From the NCBI GenBank assembly GCA_034530875.2, contig JAVRCJ020000022.1, forward strand, positions 1 to 64,000: a stretch of 64,000 nt of DNA, read 5' to 3'. Made by a program: the position numbers and the translations under genes. Positions 41,329 through 50,576 of this stretch are shown piece after piece. Source of the DNA: Nostoc sp. DedSLP01 (GTDB lineage: Bacteria; Cyanobacteriota; Cyanobacteriia; Cyanobacteriales; Nostocaceae). The notes below the pieces were generated by a model that searched no databases, was not told the DNA's origin, and was given only the letters and a program-made list of their open reading frames with translations. Positions within the stretch are counted from its first letter, which is position 1. Every line of letters starts with the position of its first letter.

Positions 41329-43866
41329 TTAATTAGCAGGAGTAGAGGGTTTAATTTGATTTCGCATTGTTTCAAAGCTGAAAGCGGCTGCACCAAAAGT
41401 TACGAACAATACTCCTAGAATTTGGACAATATCCAAATTTTCTTGAATGATTAACCCAGCGAAAATCACGGTTAAAACTGGAATGCTGCCGCCAATGAGA
41501 GCCGATCGCGAAGCTCCTAGTTTAGCGATCCCAGCATTGTTGAGCAAATAGGCAGAAAGAGTTAAAACGCCCAAAATAAAGGCGCTTAAAATCAGTTCCA
41601 GCATTTTTGTGGGATCGATAAACAAGTTCCATTCGCTTGGTAAAGGTAACATCAAGCAGATGAAACTCAACAGCAACATGGTAGTGAAGTTGATTAAAGT
41701 AAAAGTCACTGGATGTAGTTTACTAGCGCACACCCGCGTCAGAATGATATAAGCAGCAAAGGCTGCGCCAGAAATAATCGCGGCGCTACTTCCTAATGAA
41801 GTATTACCGATCGCACTGCTGGAAGAAGCTCCTAAAACCAATAATTCACCGCAGCAGATAGCAGCGATCGCTCCGATACGAAATATAGTAGGGCGATCCC
41901 CCAACAAAAACCACGAGAATAAACCGCTAATCATGGGATAGACGAAGAAAAGAGCGATCGCCATTCCAGTCGGTACTTGAGCGATACCAATATAGATTAG
42001 TACTTGGGACAAAAATAAAAAGCACCCACTGATAATTGACAACAGCAAAATCTGCTTTGTACTTGCATTGGTAGCTGTGGGATTTCCTCTGACTGAACCA
42101 ATCAAGTTTTCCAAATCTTGCCACAGTCTTGGATGCAGTATAGGAGACAACAGTACCAACAGTGGTACTACTACCATAAATCGTAGGGTCAAAATTAAGA
42201 AAGTATTACCCAAAGTCGGTGGTAGCAAGCGCTCTACATCAACTACGCCAAAAATCTGCGAACCTTCGTGAAAAATCACCTTGATGGCTACGTTGTAAAG
42301 CGAGGATAAAACTGTAGACAACACAATCAGCAAGAAACCGATTTGAATTGAAGATAAACCTGAATTACGGGATCTTCGTTGCAACGGTTTTGCTTCCTGT
42401 GACGGCTCTAGCGCAGTCACAGGTGTAGGTTTAGTTTTGCTTTGGGGAACGCTTTTGCGGAGAACAGAAGCTAGTTCCGGAGCATTAATTTTGAGTGAAG
42501 GTTGTGAAGGTTGTGTTGGTTGCTGGGGAACTGATGTCGTAGAACCTTCTGATAGAGTTTCACTTTCTGAAAAGTCGTTGCTCAGAACAGAAATTGGTTC
42601 GGTGGGATTTTCTTCAACACTAGCCTGCGGTGGAGTTTCACTTTCCCAAAATTCATTGCTCAGAATAGAAACTGGCTCATTGACATTTTCTTGCTCGACA
42701 GTAGACTGCGGTGGAGTTTCGCTTTCCGACAAGTCTTTACCGAAGATAGAAATTGTCTCAATGATATTTTCTTGAAGAACAGTAGGCTGCGATGTTGTAG
42801 TTGTACTTTGCGATAAGTCGTTTTCTTGAACAGTAGGCTGGGGTGGACTTTCGCTTTGTGTCGAGTCGTTGCTGAGGACAGAACTTGGCTCAGTGACTTT
42901 TTCCTGTGGCGGTAGAACTATTGCAGCAGGCTGGGGTGGAGTTTCCCTAATTGAAAAGTCCCGATTGACGGCAGGAAGTGGTTCAGTGAAGTTTTCCTGT
43001 GGCGGTATAACTATAGCAGCAGGCTGTGGTGGAGTTTCGGTAATGGAAAAGCCCCGATCGACGGTAGGAATTGGCTCGGGGGGGTTTTCTCGAACGGCAG
43101 GCTGCGATGGAGTTTCGCTTTGAGTAACTTGATTTGAAGTTGCAGAAATTGGCTCAGGATAACTCCTGGCTTCGGGAGATATCTCCAAGAAAGGATTTTT
43201 CTCTGGCTCTTCTACCTGCAAAACAGTGGGTGTACCTGTTGTTGGTGGTTTGCGTGAAGCTTCTTGTATGGTTTTTTCTAGTTGCCCGTGCAAGCGATTC
43301 ACAAACTCTGTCAAAATCGCTTCCCCTTGCTGCTGTTGGCTGTACATCCGTGACAGCTGTTGGGAAAGATTGCTTTGATAATTCTTTAATTCTTGTTGCA
43401 GCGAATTAAAAGTGATAGTAACTGTGTCATCAAGACTGTCAAACATGTGTTCGACTTTTTCATTGATTTCACTTACTACATTGCTGCTGACTTCAGCAGA
43501 TTTCAGCGCAGCTTGTTCGTAAGATTGGCCTTCTATATTTTGCGTAGCTAAATTTGTCAGAGATGATTGCAGTTGCGAAGATATATGCTTTGCCAGAACT
43601 TCTGCAAGTTGGCGAATTAATACTTGCTGCTCAGTAATTTGCCGTACTTGTTGTAAATGCTCTTTTTCTTCTTGTAAGCTTTGAATGTCATCAGATAACC
43701 GATTTTTTTCTGCCTGGAGCCGCTTGACATCTTCTTGCAATGCTCTGAGGACATTCTGCTGGAGATTTTCTAGATCCTCAACTACAGCCCAGAGAGCATT
43801 CTCTGCTGCTCTGGAGAGTTCGCCTCTGGATCGCGGATTTTCTGGTTGCTTCTCGAATCGCCCCAT
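41329..43866 (-). CDS. sepJ: Septal junction protein SepJ (FraG)
   Basis: N-terminal coiled coil, Pro/Ser-rich linker, C-terminal DMT/EamA-type permease; lies upstream of hetR. Confidence 0.93.
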   Translation of the reverse strand: MGRFEKQPENPRSRGELSRAAENALWAVVEDLENLQQNVLRALQEDVKRLQAEKNRLSDDIQSLQEEKEHLQQVRQITEQQVLIRQLAEVLAKHISSQLQSSLTNLATQNIEGQSYEQAALKSAEVSSNVVSEINEKVEHMFDSLDDTVTITFNSLQQELKNYQSNLSQQLSRMYSQQQQGEAILTEFVNRLHGQLEKTIQEASRKPPTTGTPTVLQVEEPEKNPFLEISPEARSYPEPISATSNQVTQSETPSQPAVRENPPEPIPTVDRGFSITETPPQPAAIVIPPQENFTEPLPAVNRDFSIRETPPQPAAIVLPPQEKVTEPSSVLSNDSTQSESPPQPTVQENDLSQSTTTTSQPTVLQENIIETISIFGKDLSESETPPQSTVEQENVNEPVSILSNEFWESETPPQASVEENPTEPISVLSNDFSESETLSEGSTTSVPQQPTQPSQPSLKINAPELASVLRKSVPQSKTKPTPVTALEPSQEAKPLQRRSRNSGLSSIQIGFLLIVLSTVLSSLYNVAIKVIFHEGSQIFGVVDVERLLPPTLGNTFLILTLRFMVVVPLLVLLSPILHPRLWQDLENLIGSVRGNPTATNASTKQILLLSIISGCFLFLSQVLIYIGIAQVPTGMAIALFFVYPMISGLFSWFLLGDRPTIFRIGAIAAICCGELLVLGASSSSAIGNTSLGSSAAIISGAAFAAYIILTRVCASKLHPVTFTLINFTTMLLLSFICLMLPLPSEWNLFIDPTKMLELILSAFILGVLTLSAYLLNNAGIAKLGASRSALIGGSIPVLTVIFAGLIIQENLDIVQILGVLFVTFGAAAFSFETMRNQIKPSTPAN

Positions 43867-44474
43867 TAGCTTTTAACCTCTAACACCTTGACAATAAAGC
43901 TGCTTCCCGTAAACTTGACTGGCAATCATACTAATTTCATGTATTTTGTCAGATAAATAAAAATGCTATTACAGCACTTCGGCATTTCAACGTAATTCTG
44001 TCATGCTGGACACAAGGTTAGCAAAACATTATCACTTTCGGAAATTTAAAATTTGTTTTAACAAGTTGAACTACTGTTTTGTTCTGATTGCCAGATTTAA
44101 AGCAACTGCCGTCTGATAGCCGAAAATCGACCTCAGCTGTTCCGAAAAATTCACGCATTACAATTGTGTAAGTTCTATACCGATTATTGTAGTGGCAATA
44201 GTATTATCAAATACTCACTCGTAAGTGCCCGATCGCCACAAATTTGTCTAACTTGCAAAACTAACTCTAAATTCTTGTGGAATGTAACTTGACTGACAGT
44301 TTACATCTCTAATGGAGATTAAAGTATCTTTCTGTAGAAATTTTAAGTTACGCTATCCCCTGCAAAACATTCTAATAAATGAGCAGCGATTGTGCAAAAA
44401 CAAGGTTTTTGAATGTTTTTGCAGTTTAGATTTTGCAGGGACTAGAGCGAAAAATTAAAAAAATATAATAATTC

Positions 44475-45755
44475 TTATAACAACAAAATCCGAGCGATGC
44501 TAAAGATGGCAGCGCTAAGGACAGCACTCACAGGGATTGTAATTAGCCACGCAGCGGCAATACCTTGGAGAGTTTTGAACTTGATGGATTTAAGATTTTG
44601 CACGACTCCAATACCGACTACACCGCCGACAAGGGCGTGAGAAGTAGAGACGGGCAAACCTAACCGCGAGGCAATCAAAATGGTGGTAGCAGTAGCGAGT
44701 TCTGCACAAAATCCACTACTAGGTTGTAAAGCAATGATGTTTTCGCCAATGGTAGCGATGACTTTTTTACCCCAGACAGCCAAACCCCCAACAATACCAA
44801 CACCGCCAAGGATTAAAATCCAGATGGGGATAGCGATCCCATTGACAGGTACGCTACCAGTACTTTGAATGTAGACGATCGCAGCTAAAGGAGCGATCGC
44901 ATTACCAACATCATTAGAACCATGAGCAAAAGCGACAAAGCAAGCACTTAGGAGTTGGAAGCGGGCGAATAATTTTTCGACGGGAGTGGGGAATGGGGAG
45001 TCAGGAGTTATTTTGCTTGTCTCGTTGTCTCCTGTTTCTTCTAATTGTCGCCAGCTAATAATTGTCAGTCCAACTGCTGCTATGCCACCAGTTAATAATG
45101 GAATGTCGTAAGTGGGTATGTTTAAGCCGACTTGCTCAATAAAAAAGTTTGTTAGAGGTTGAGTTACCGAAGGTAATACAATCACACCAAAGATACCTAT
45201 TAGCGCAGTACTCAACCAGGGTATCCACTCTTGTAATTGCAATATTGGATTGGGTCGCTCTAAAATCCAGTGCTTAATTTGACTGTAGAATAAAGCTGCG
45301 ATCGCACCACTAATTACAGGCGTTAAAATCCAGCCAATAGTAATTCTGCCAATCGATGACCAATCAATTGCATCTACTCCCAAAGCTACCCAACTAAATC
45401 CGGCGATCGCACCCACAACCGCGTGAGAAGATGACACTGGTAAACCCCGCGATGTGGCAATTTGCAACCACACGCCACAGGAAACTAAAACTGTCGCCAT
45501 TCCAATCACCAGTATTTCAGGTGTAGCAGCAAATAAGGTAGGATTGGCAATTTTCGTCGCTAGAGTTTCTGTTACCTGATGTCCAAACAAGACAGCGCCC
45601 GTGAACTCTAATATCCCAGCAATTATTAATGCCTGTTTGAGAGTAACCGCTTTAGAACCTACAGAAGTTCCCATCGCGTTAGCAACATCATTTGCTCCGA
45701 GATTCCAAGCGACGTAGAAGGCTAGGAGGGCGACGAAGAGTAGGGTGTAGAGCAT
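44475..45755 (-). CDS. PiT family inorganic phosphate transporter
   Basis: GANDVANAMGT, PVSSSH, HGSNDVGNA and PVSTSH motifs. Confidence 0.95.
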   Translation of the reverse strand: MLYTLLFVALLAFYVAWNLGANDVANAMGTSVGSKAVTLKQALIIAGILEFTGAVLFGHQVTETLATKIANPTLFAATPEILVIGMATVLVSCGVWLQIATSRGLPVSSSHAVVGAIAGFSWVALGVDAIDWSSIGRITIGWILTPVISGAIAALFYSQIKHWILERPNPILQLQEWIPWLSTALIGIFGVIVLPSVTQPLTNFFIEQVGLNIPTYDIPLLTGGIAAVGLTIISWRQLEETGDNETSKITPDSPFPTPVEKLFARFQLLSACFVAFAHGSNDVGNAIAPLAAIVYIQSTGSVPVNGIAIPIWILILGGVGIVGGLAVWGKKVIATIGENIIALQPSSGFCAELATATTILIASRLGLPVSTSHALVGGVVGIGVVQNLKSIKFKTLQGIAAAWLITIPVSAVLSAAIFSIARILLL

Positions 45756-45803
45756 ATAGGAGGTGGGGAGGTGGGGAGTGTGAGGAGATGGGGGGATGAG
45801 GAA

Positions 45804-46150
45804 GTGTAAAAACTGACAGTTTAAAGTTTAGAAGTTCAACGAGGAACCTTTGAGCTTCGTCGGTAAATGTCTGAGCTTCGTTGCCGAATATCTGAGCTTC
45901 GTCGGTGAATGTCTGAGCTTCGTCGCGGAATATCTGAACTTCGTCGCTGAATGTTTGAGGTTCATCGTTGAATATCTGAACTTCGTCGCTGAATATTTGA
46001 GGTTCATCGTTGAATATCTGAACTTCGTCGCTGAATATCTGAGCTTCATCATTGAACCTCAGAGGTTTGTCGTCGAACCTCTGGGCTTCATCGCTGAATA
46101 TCTGAACTTCATCGCCGAATATCTAAACTTTAAACCTTTAGTTATAACAC
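45804..46150. repeat. Fourteen 21-bp tandem repeats (consensus TGAGCTTCGTCGCTGAATATC) enclosed by terminal inverted repeats
   Basis: Units counted by hand from 45830 to 46123; perfect 14-bp IR gtttaaagtttaga (45819-45832) / tctaaactttaaac (46122-46135). Confidence 0.9.
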
Positions 46151-46191
46151 CTCCCTATCTCCCCACCTCCCCACCTCCCCACCTCCCCATC

Positions 46192-47238
46192 TCACGGATA
46201 AATCAAGATTTTATAAGTTTCCGCAGTAGGTGCGATCGCAGCTTCCACGGCTGCTGATAAATCTTTTAATGGATAGCGATCGCTAATTAATGCTTTTACC
46301 TCAATTCGCTGATTAAATACAATATCAGCTGACAAATTCTGAAGCCGATAAGACGAGCTGTAACTGCCCATTAGGTCAATTTCGCGGCGGTAGAGGATAT
46401 TCGGGTTGATGGGAATTTCTACTTCATCAGGAAATTCAGCGAAAAACAAGATTTTACCGCCTTTGCGAGTGCAATCAAGTGCTTGAAAGAAAGCTTTTTC
46501 ACTGGGGACAGCTAGCAGGGTAACATCAACGCCTAGCCCACCAGTCAAGGCATGAATTTTGGCGGCTAAATCGGGATCGCGAGCATCAAAAGCTGCTTCG
46601 GCACCAACATTTAATGCTTTTTCAATTCTAGAGGGTAGTAAATCGGTGGCGATCGCTTTTGCTCCGAAATACTTCACCAACATCACAAACATTAAGCCAA
46701 TTGGCCCTGCACCAGTCACTAACACAGTTTGTCCGGGGGCAATTTGGGCTTTTTTCACTGCTTTCAAACAGCAGTTAGTCGGTTCGACAAAACTGGCTTC
46801 TTCAAAACTGATATTGTCGGGGATGGGAATTAACCCGCCGTTTTGCACAATATGCCCTGGTACTTTGACATAATCAGCGAAACCGCCGCCACTAGCGTTA
46901 AAGCCTGCGGTTGTAGAAATGTTTTTGTAGACATCGCACATGGAAAAATTGTCATTGAGACAGTAGGCGCAATGCATACAAGGGATGTGGTGCATTACTG
47001 CTACTCGTTGTCCAACTTGCCAACCTCGGACTTGAGATCCTACTGCTGCGATCGTACCAGCGGTTTCATGTCCAAAAATGCGCGGTGGTTCGTAAAGTGG
47101 ATAACGAATTTTTTTAATATCTGACTGACATAACCCCACAACTCGCACCTGTACTAGCACTTCATCCGGTTCCAAGGTTGGAACTGGGATCTCTTCGTAA
47201 GAAAGTTGATTTACGCCTCTAAATACCTGTGCTTTCAC
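46192..47238 (-). CDS. Zinc-dependent medium-chain dehydrogenase
   Basis: CQSD, GHE, CxxCxxC...C structural Zn site, GAGPIG. Confidence 0.92.
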   Translation of the reverse strand: MKAQVFRGVNQLSYEEIPVPTLEPDEVLVQVRVVGLCQSDIKKIRYPLYEPPRIFGHETAGTIAAVGSQVRGWQVGQRVAVMHHIPCMHCAYCLNDNFSMCDVYKNISTTAGFNASGGGFADYVKVPGHIVQNGGLIPIPDNISFEEASFVEPTNCCLKAVKKAQIAPGQTVLVTGAGPIGLMFVMLVKYFGAKAIATDLLPSRIEKALNVGAEAAFDARDPDLAAKIHALTGGLGVDVTLLAVPSEKAFFQALDCTRKGGKILFFAEFPDEVEIPINPNILYRREIDLMGSYSSSYRLQNLSADIVFNQRIEVKALISDRYPLKDLSAAVEAAIAPTAETYKILIYP

Positions 47239-47296
47239 GTTGATTTTTCACCGTTCAACGATACTAGATGTAACATTAGTGGTCAACGTTAGGCTA

Positions 47297-47753
47297 TCAA
47301 GTTTGAGATTTTTGGGTTTTAGCTTGTTCTAGTTCTTGTTCTAAAGTTTGTTCAAATATTTGGAATGCCTTGATATCTGCCGATGAGAGCTTTCCTTGAA
47401 TTGTTCCATTCTGAAGCCGCAGAATTTCCCCTTGGTTGTCCTTAGCAGTAATTGTTAAAACTCCCCGATTCTGCCATAGTCGATAGCGGTCTCCCTCAAA
47501 ACATAGACCCCCTTCTGGTGCTACCTTGCCTAGTTTATTCAAAGCTTTTTTGGCAGTTTGGCAAACACTTTGGCTGTATTCATGCCATAAAACTTTACTG
47601 GCGAATATCGGTACTTCTTTGCTGAGGAGATCGAGTAGGTCAATAATAGTCAGCGGTGAAATAAAAACCAGCCCTAGCACAACGAAGTAGAATGTCACGC
47701 AGGTACATAGGGAACAGAACACAAGAGTCTAATAGAACAAGCTGCTCAGCCAT
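47297..47753 (-). pseudogene. PIN-domain (VapC-like) toxin remnant with internal deletion and frameshift
   Basis: ATG 47753 gives MAEQLVLLDSCVLFPMYLRDILLRCARAGFY (PIN N-terminus) and a stop at 47640-47642; a different frame continues PLTIIDLLDLLSKEVPIFA... to 47297. Confidence 0.7.
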
Positions 47754-47772
47754 TTTATTGGTTGAATTACTC

Positions 47773-48216
47773 CTATTCGTAGAATCCTGCTTCTTGGCTC
47801 ATCTGAGTTAGCTCGGTTAAGAGTCGATCGCGTTTCACATCGCGTTGCTGTTTGTACTTCATTAAATCATCAAAACGAACCCGTCGATGAGAACCCACTT
47901 TAATGTGAGGAATTTCACCTTGTTCTAATAACTTGATCAGGTATGGGCGTGATACATTAATAAATTCAGCAGCTTGTTGTGTCGTCAGTTCCTGTTGCTG
48001 CGGAATTATTGATATGGCTTTACCTGATGCCATTGTATGGACAACTTGAAGCAGCACCTGATAAATCGGCTCAGGAATGATAATTTGTTCTCCGTTTGCT
48101 CCTACTAGTTTCGCTCGGGAGCCTTCAATGCTTAGTATACGCTCCAGTTCTTTAATAGATTGAGCTTCTAACTGTGGAGATATTACAGAATCTAAAGACA
48201 TGTTCTGTGTTAACAT
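47773..48216 (-). CDS. Excisionase-family HTH DNA-binding protein (antitoxin-like partner of PIN toxins)
   Basis: ELTTQQAAEFINVSRPYLIKLLEQGEIP...VGSHRRV...LTQMSQEAGFY. Confidence 0.9.
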   Translation of the reverse strand: MLTQNMSLDSVISPQLEAQSIKELERILSIEGSRAKLVGANGEQIIIPEPIYQVLLQVVHTMASGKAISIIPQQQELTTQQAAEFINVSRPYLIKLLEQGEIPHIKVGSHRRVRFDDLMKYKQQRDVKRDRLLTELTQMSQEAGFYE

Positions 48217-48381
48217 GATAGATTTTTCACTTGCTGTGTTTTTGGACTTTACGTCGTCAATACTATTCACAATCTTATAATACACACTACATAAACGAAA
48301 TATCCGAAATAAAAACAAATTATCTTGTTTGATGCCAAGCTATCTGGGGACAATATGTCGAAAACTTAGAAAGGTTAAAAG

Positions 48382-50151
48382 ATGGTTCATCAAACATATA
48401 CAGCGGATGTCTTAGTCGTAAGTGGTGGAACAGGGGGGACTGCGGCTGCAATCCAAGCGGCACGGCGGGGAGCCAAAACTATCCTCGTAAGTGAATTTCC
48501 GTGGTTGGGAGGAATGCTGACTTCAGCCGGAGTATCTGCACCCGATGGCAATGAATTAGAAGCCTTTCAAACAGGGTTATGGGGTGAATTTTTGCGCGAA
48601 TTACGGCTTCGGCAACCAGGGGGATTAGATAACTGTTGGGTAAGCTTTTTTAGTTACGATCCCCGCATTGGGGCAGAGATTTTTGCTGATTGGGTGCGGG
48701 AATTACCAAATCTGCACTGGATTTATGGACAAGTGCCTTTAGAAGTTTATCGGCAAGGCGATCGCATTACTGGTGTCCGCTTTGCTGATTTTGCTGTCAC
48801 GGCCAAGATTATTCTGGACGGTACAGAATTAGGAGATTTGTTAGCTTTAGCTGACATACCTTATCGCTGGGGCTGGGAATTGCAATCGGAGTGGGGAGAA
48901 CCCAGCGCCCCGGTAACTTTTAACTCTTTAACCGAAAGATATCCGGTGCAAGCGCCGACTTATGTCGTAGTTATGCAAGATTTTGGTGAAACTGTAGCCC
49001 CAGAAATTCCGGCTGCTCCTAATGAAAATCCATCGCTGTTTGCGGGTGCTTGGGATGACTATGGCGCAGAGACATTTTTAAATTATGGACGTTTGCCTGG
49101 CGATCGCTTCATGATAAATTGGCCAATTTGTGGCAATGACTACGGTGAAGGGGTAGGGCGGCTGATAAAGTCAGAGGTGACCAGAGGTGAATTTATCGAA
49201 GAATCACGCTGGCACAGTCAAAATTTTGCCCGTTTTATTCAAAATCAACTTGGCCGTCGCTATGGTTTAGCACAACAACTATTTCCTCACACTCCTACAG
49301 CTTTTGCACTCCATCCCTATTACCGGGAAAGTCGGCGCTTAGTAGGGCTAACTACTGTCCGAGAACAGGATATTTTGCCAATTGCTGGAGGAAGAGTTGC
49401 ATCCATATTTAACGATGCAATCGCTGTTGGTAACTACGCCAACGACCATCATTATCCTGGCATTCAATTTCCACTGCAACCAAAATCTATCCGTTGGGGG
49501 GGGCGCTGGACTGGAAGTGCCTTTATAATTCCCTACAGTTGTCTAATTCCAGCCACAACGGACGGTTTGTTGGTTTGTGAGAAGAATATTTCTGTTTCTC
49601 ACATTGCCAATGGCGCAACCAGATTACAACCTGTGGTTATGGGTATTGGTCAAGCAGCAGGAATGGCAGCTGCGATGTGTGTTGAGTTAAACTGCCAGCC
49701 AAGGGATCTACCTGTCAGGGATCTACAAGCGGCTTTACTACAAGATAGTCGCTCAAGGGCAATAATCATACCTTTTTTTAATCTCCCGCCTAATCATTCG
49801 GATTGGTTCGACCAACAACTGTATTACTTAAATAACCCACCACTGTATCCAACAAGTGGTAATTGTCCTTGGTCATCCACGGATAAGTATTTTGAATCTA
49901 CTGTTGACGAGTTATCAATTCCAGAAAACAAGTATTTTCAAGGTATTTTCTATCGGTTAGGTCAACAGGAATACAGATTCACTGTTACTATACCGACCGT
50001 AGATAGAGGTCAAAATTGGCAACTTGTGACTTTGCGATCGCATATCAACGAGCAGTTACAGGCTTATCCTCACGAACGATTAATTACAGTATGGGGTAGC
50101 CATAATCGCTACAGTAATTGGTTATTAGTCGAACATTTAAACGGAGGATAA
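48382..50151 (+). CDS. FAD-dependent oxidoreductase
   Basis: DVLVVSGGTGG, LGGMLT, RESRR and ATRLQP motifs; directly upstream of patX. Confidence 0.9.
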   Translation: MVHQTYTADVLVVSGGTGGTAAAIQAARRGAKTILVSEFPWLGGMLTSAGVSAPDGNELEAFQTGLWGEFLRELRLRQPGGLDNCWVSFFSYDPRIGAEIFADWVRELPNLHWIYGQVPLEVYRQGDRITGVRFADFAVTAKIILDGTELGDLLALADIPYRWGWELQSEWGEPSAPVTFNSLTERYPVQAPTYVVVMQDFGETVAPEIPAAPNENPSLFAGAWDDYGAETFLNYGRLPGDRFMINWPICGNDYGEGVGRLIKSEVTRGEFIEESRWHSQNFARFIQNQLGRRYGLAQQLFPHTPTAFALHPYYRESRRLVGLTTVREQDILPIAGGRVASIFNDAIAVGNYANDHHYPGIQFPLQPKSIRWGGRWTGSAFIIPYSCLIPATTDGLLVCEKNISVSHIANGATRLQPVVMGIGQAAGMAAAMCVELNCQPRDLPVRDLQAALLQDSRSRAIIIPFFNLPPNHSDWFDQQLYYLNNPPLYPTSGNCPWSSTDKYFESTVDELSIPENKYFQGIFYRLGQQEYRFTVTIPTVDRGQNWQLVTLRSHINEQLQAYPHERLITVWGSHNRYSNWLLVEHLNGG

Positions 50152-50167
50152 GAAGAGTTTATTTTCA

Positions 50168-50201
50168 GTAAAACACAATACTTTTTGACGAATTGTCCGG
50201 A
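50168..50201 (+). promoter_or_regulatory. patX promoter: NtcA box GTA-N8-TAC (50168-50181) and DIF1 motif TCCGGA (50196-50201)
   Basis: Exact matches gtaaaacacaatac and tccgga about 60-90 bp upstream of the patX ATG. Confidence 0.8.
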
Positions 50202-50258
50202 TAATCGTAAAAAAGCTAAGTATCAGTGAAGTGGAGAGTTCCAAAATAGACATCTGCT

Positions 50259-50576
50259 ATGCGTGCTGCCATTTCACTTTTAGTTTCCAGTTTGGTGTTC
50301 GGCCCCTTAGCTTCTAACTGCCAAGCAATGGACAATCATTTATCCAGCAGAAAGTCTGTAGACAATTCTGCGGCTTTTCCCAGGCTACGCCGACTTCCGG
50401 CAAGACCAAAAACAAACAGAACTTTCCAAGAAAATTGGCTATTTTCGATGCCTACTTGGCAACAGTTACTATCAGCACAATCTGACCCAAACCCAGATGA
50501 TGCGCCACGTCATCGCGGTAGCGGACGCAGAGAAGTGATGCAAAAATTTGTAAGCAATATCTATGCTGTCGTTTAA
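50259..50576 (+). CDS. patX: Heterocyst-inhibiting signal peptide precursor PatX
   Basis: Signal peptide MRAAISLLVSSLVF...CQA; Pro-rich segment then HRGSGRR (RGSGR motif); close to sepJ/hetR; DIF1 promoter. Confidence 0.9.
   Translation: MRAAISLLVSSLVFGPLASNCQAMDNHLSSRKSVDNSAAFPRLRRLPARPKTNRTFQENWLFSMPTWQQLLSAQSDPNPDDAPRHRGSGRREVMQKFVSNIYAVV

Noticed and set aside
45830..46123. CRISPR array
   Set aside because: Contiguous 21-bp units with no unique spacers, and no cas genes in the window
45828..46257. Heptad-repeat ORFs on both strands (LSFVAEY / KLRYSAT)
   Set aside because: Open frames follow automatically from a stop-free 21-bp unit; no clear RBS, and the plus-strand ORF overlaps the dehydrogenase end
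47773..48216. Prophage or ICE excisionase marking an integrated element
   Set aside because: No integrase or att sites nearby; the context fits an HTH-PIN toxin-antitoxin pair
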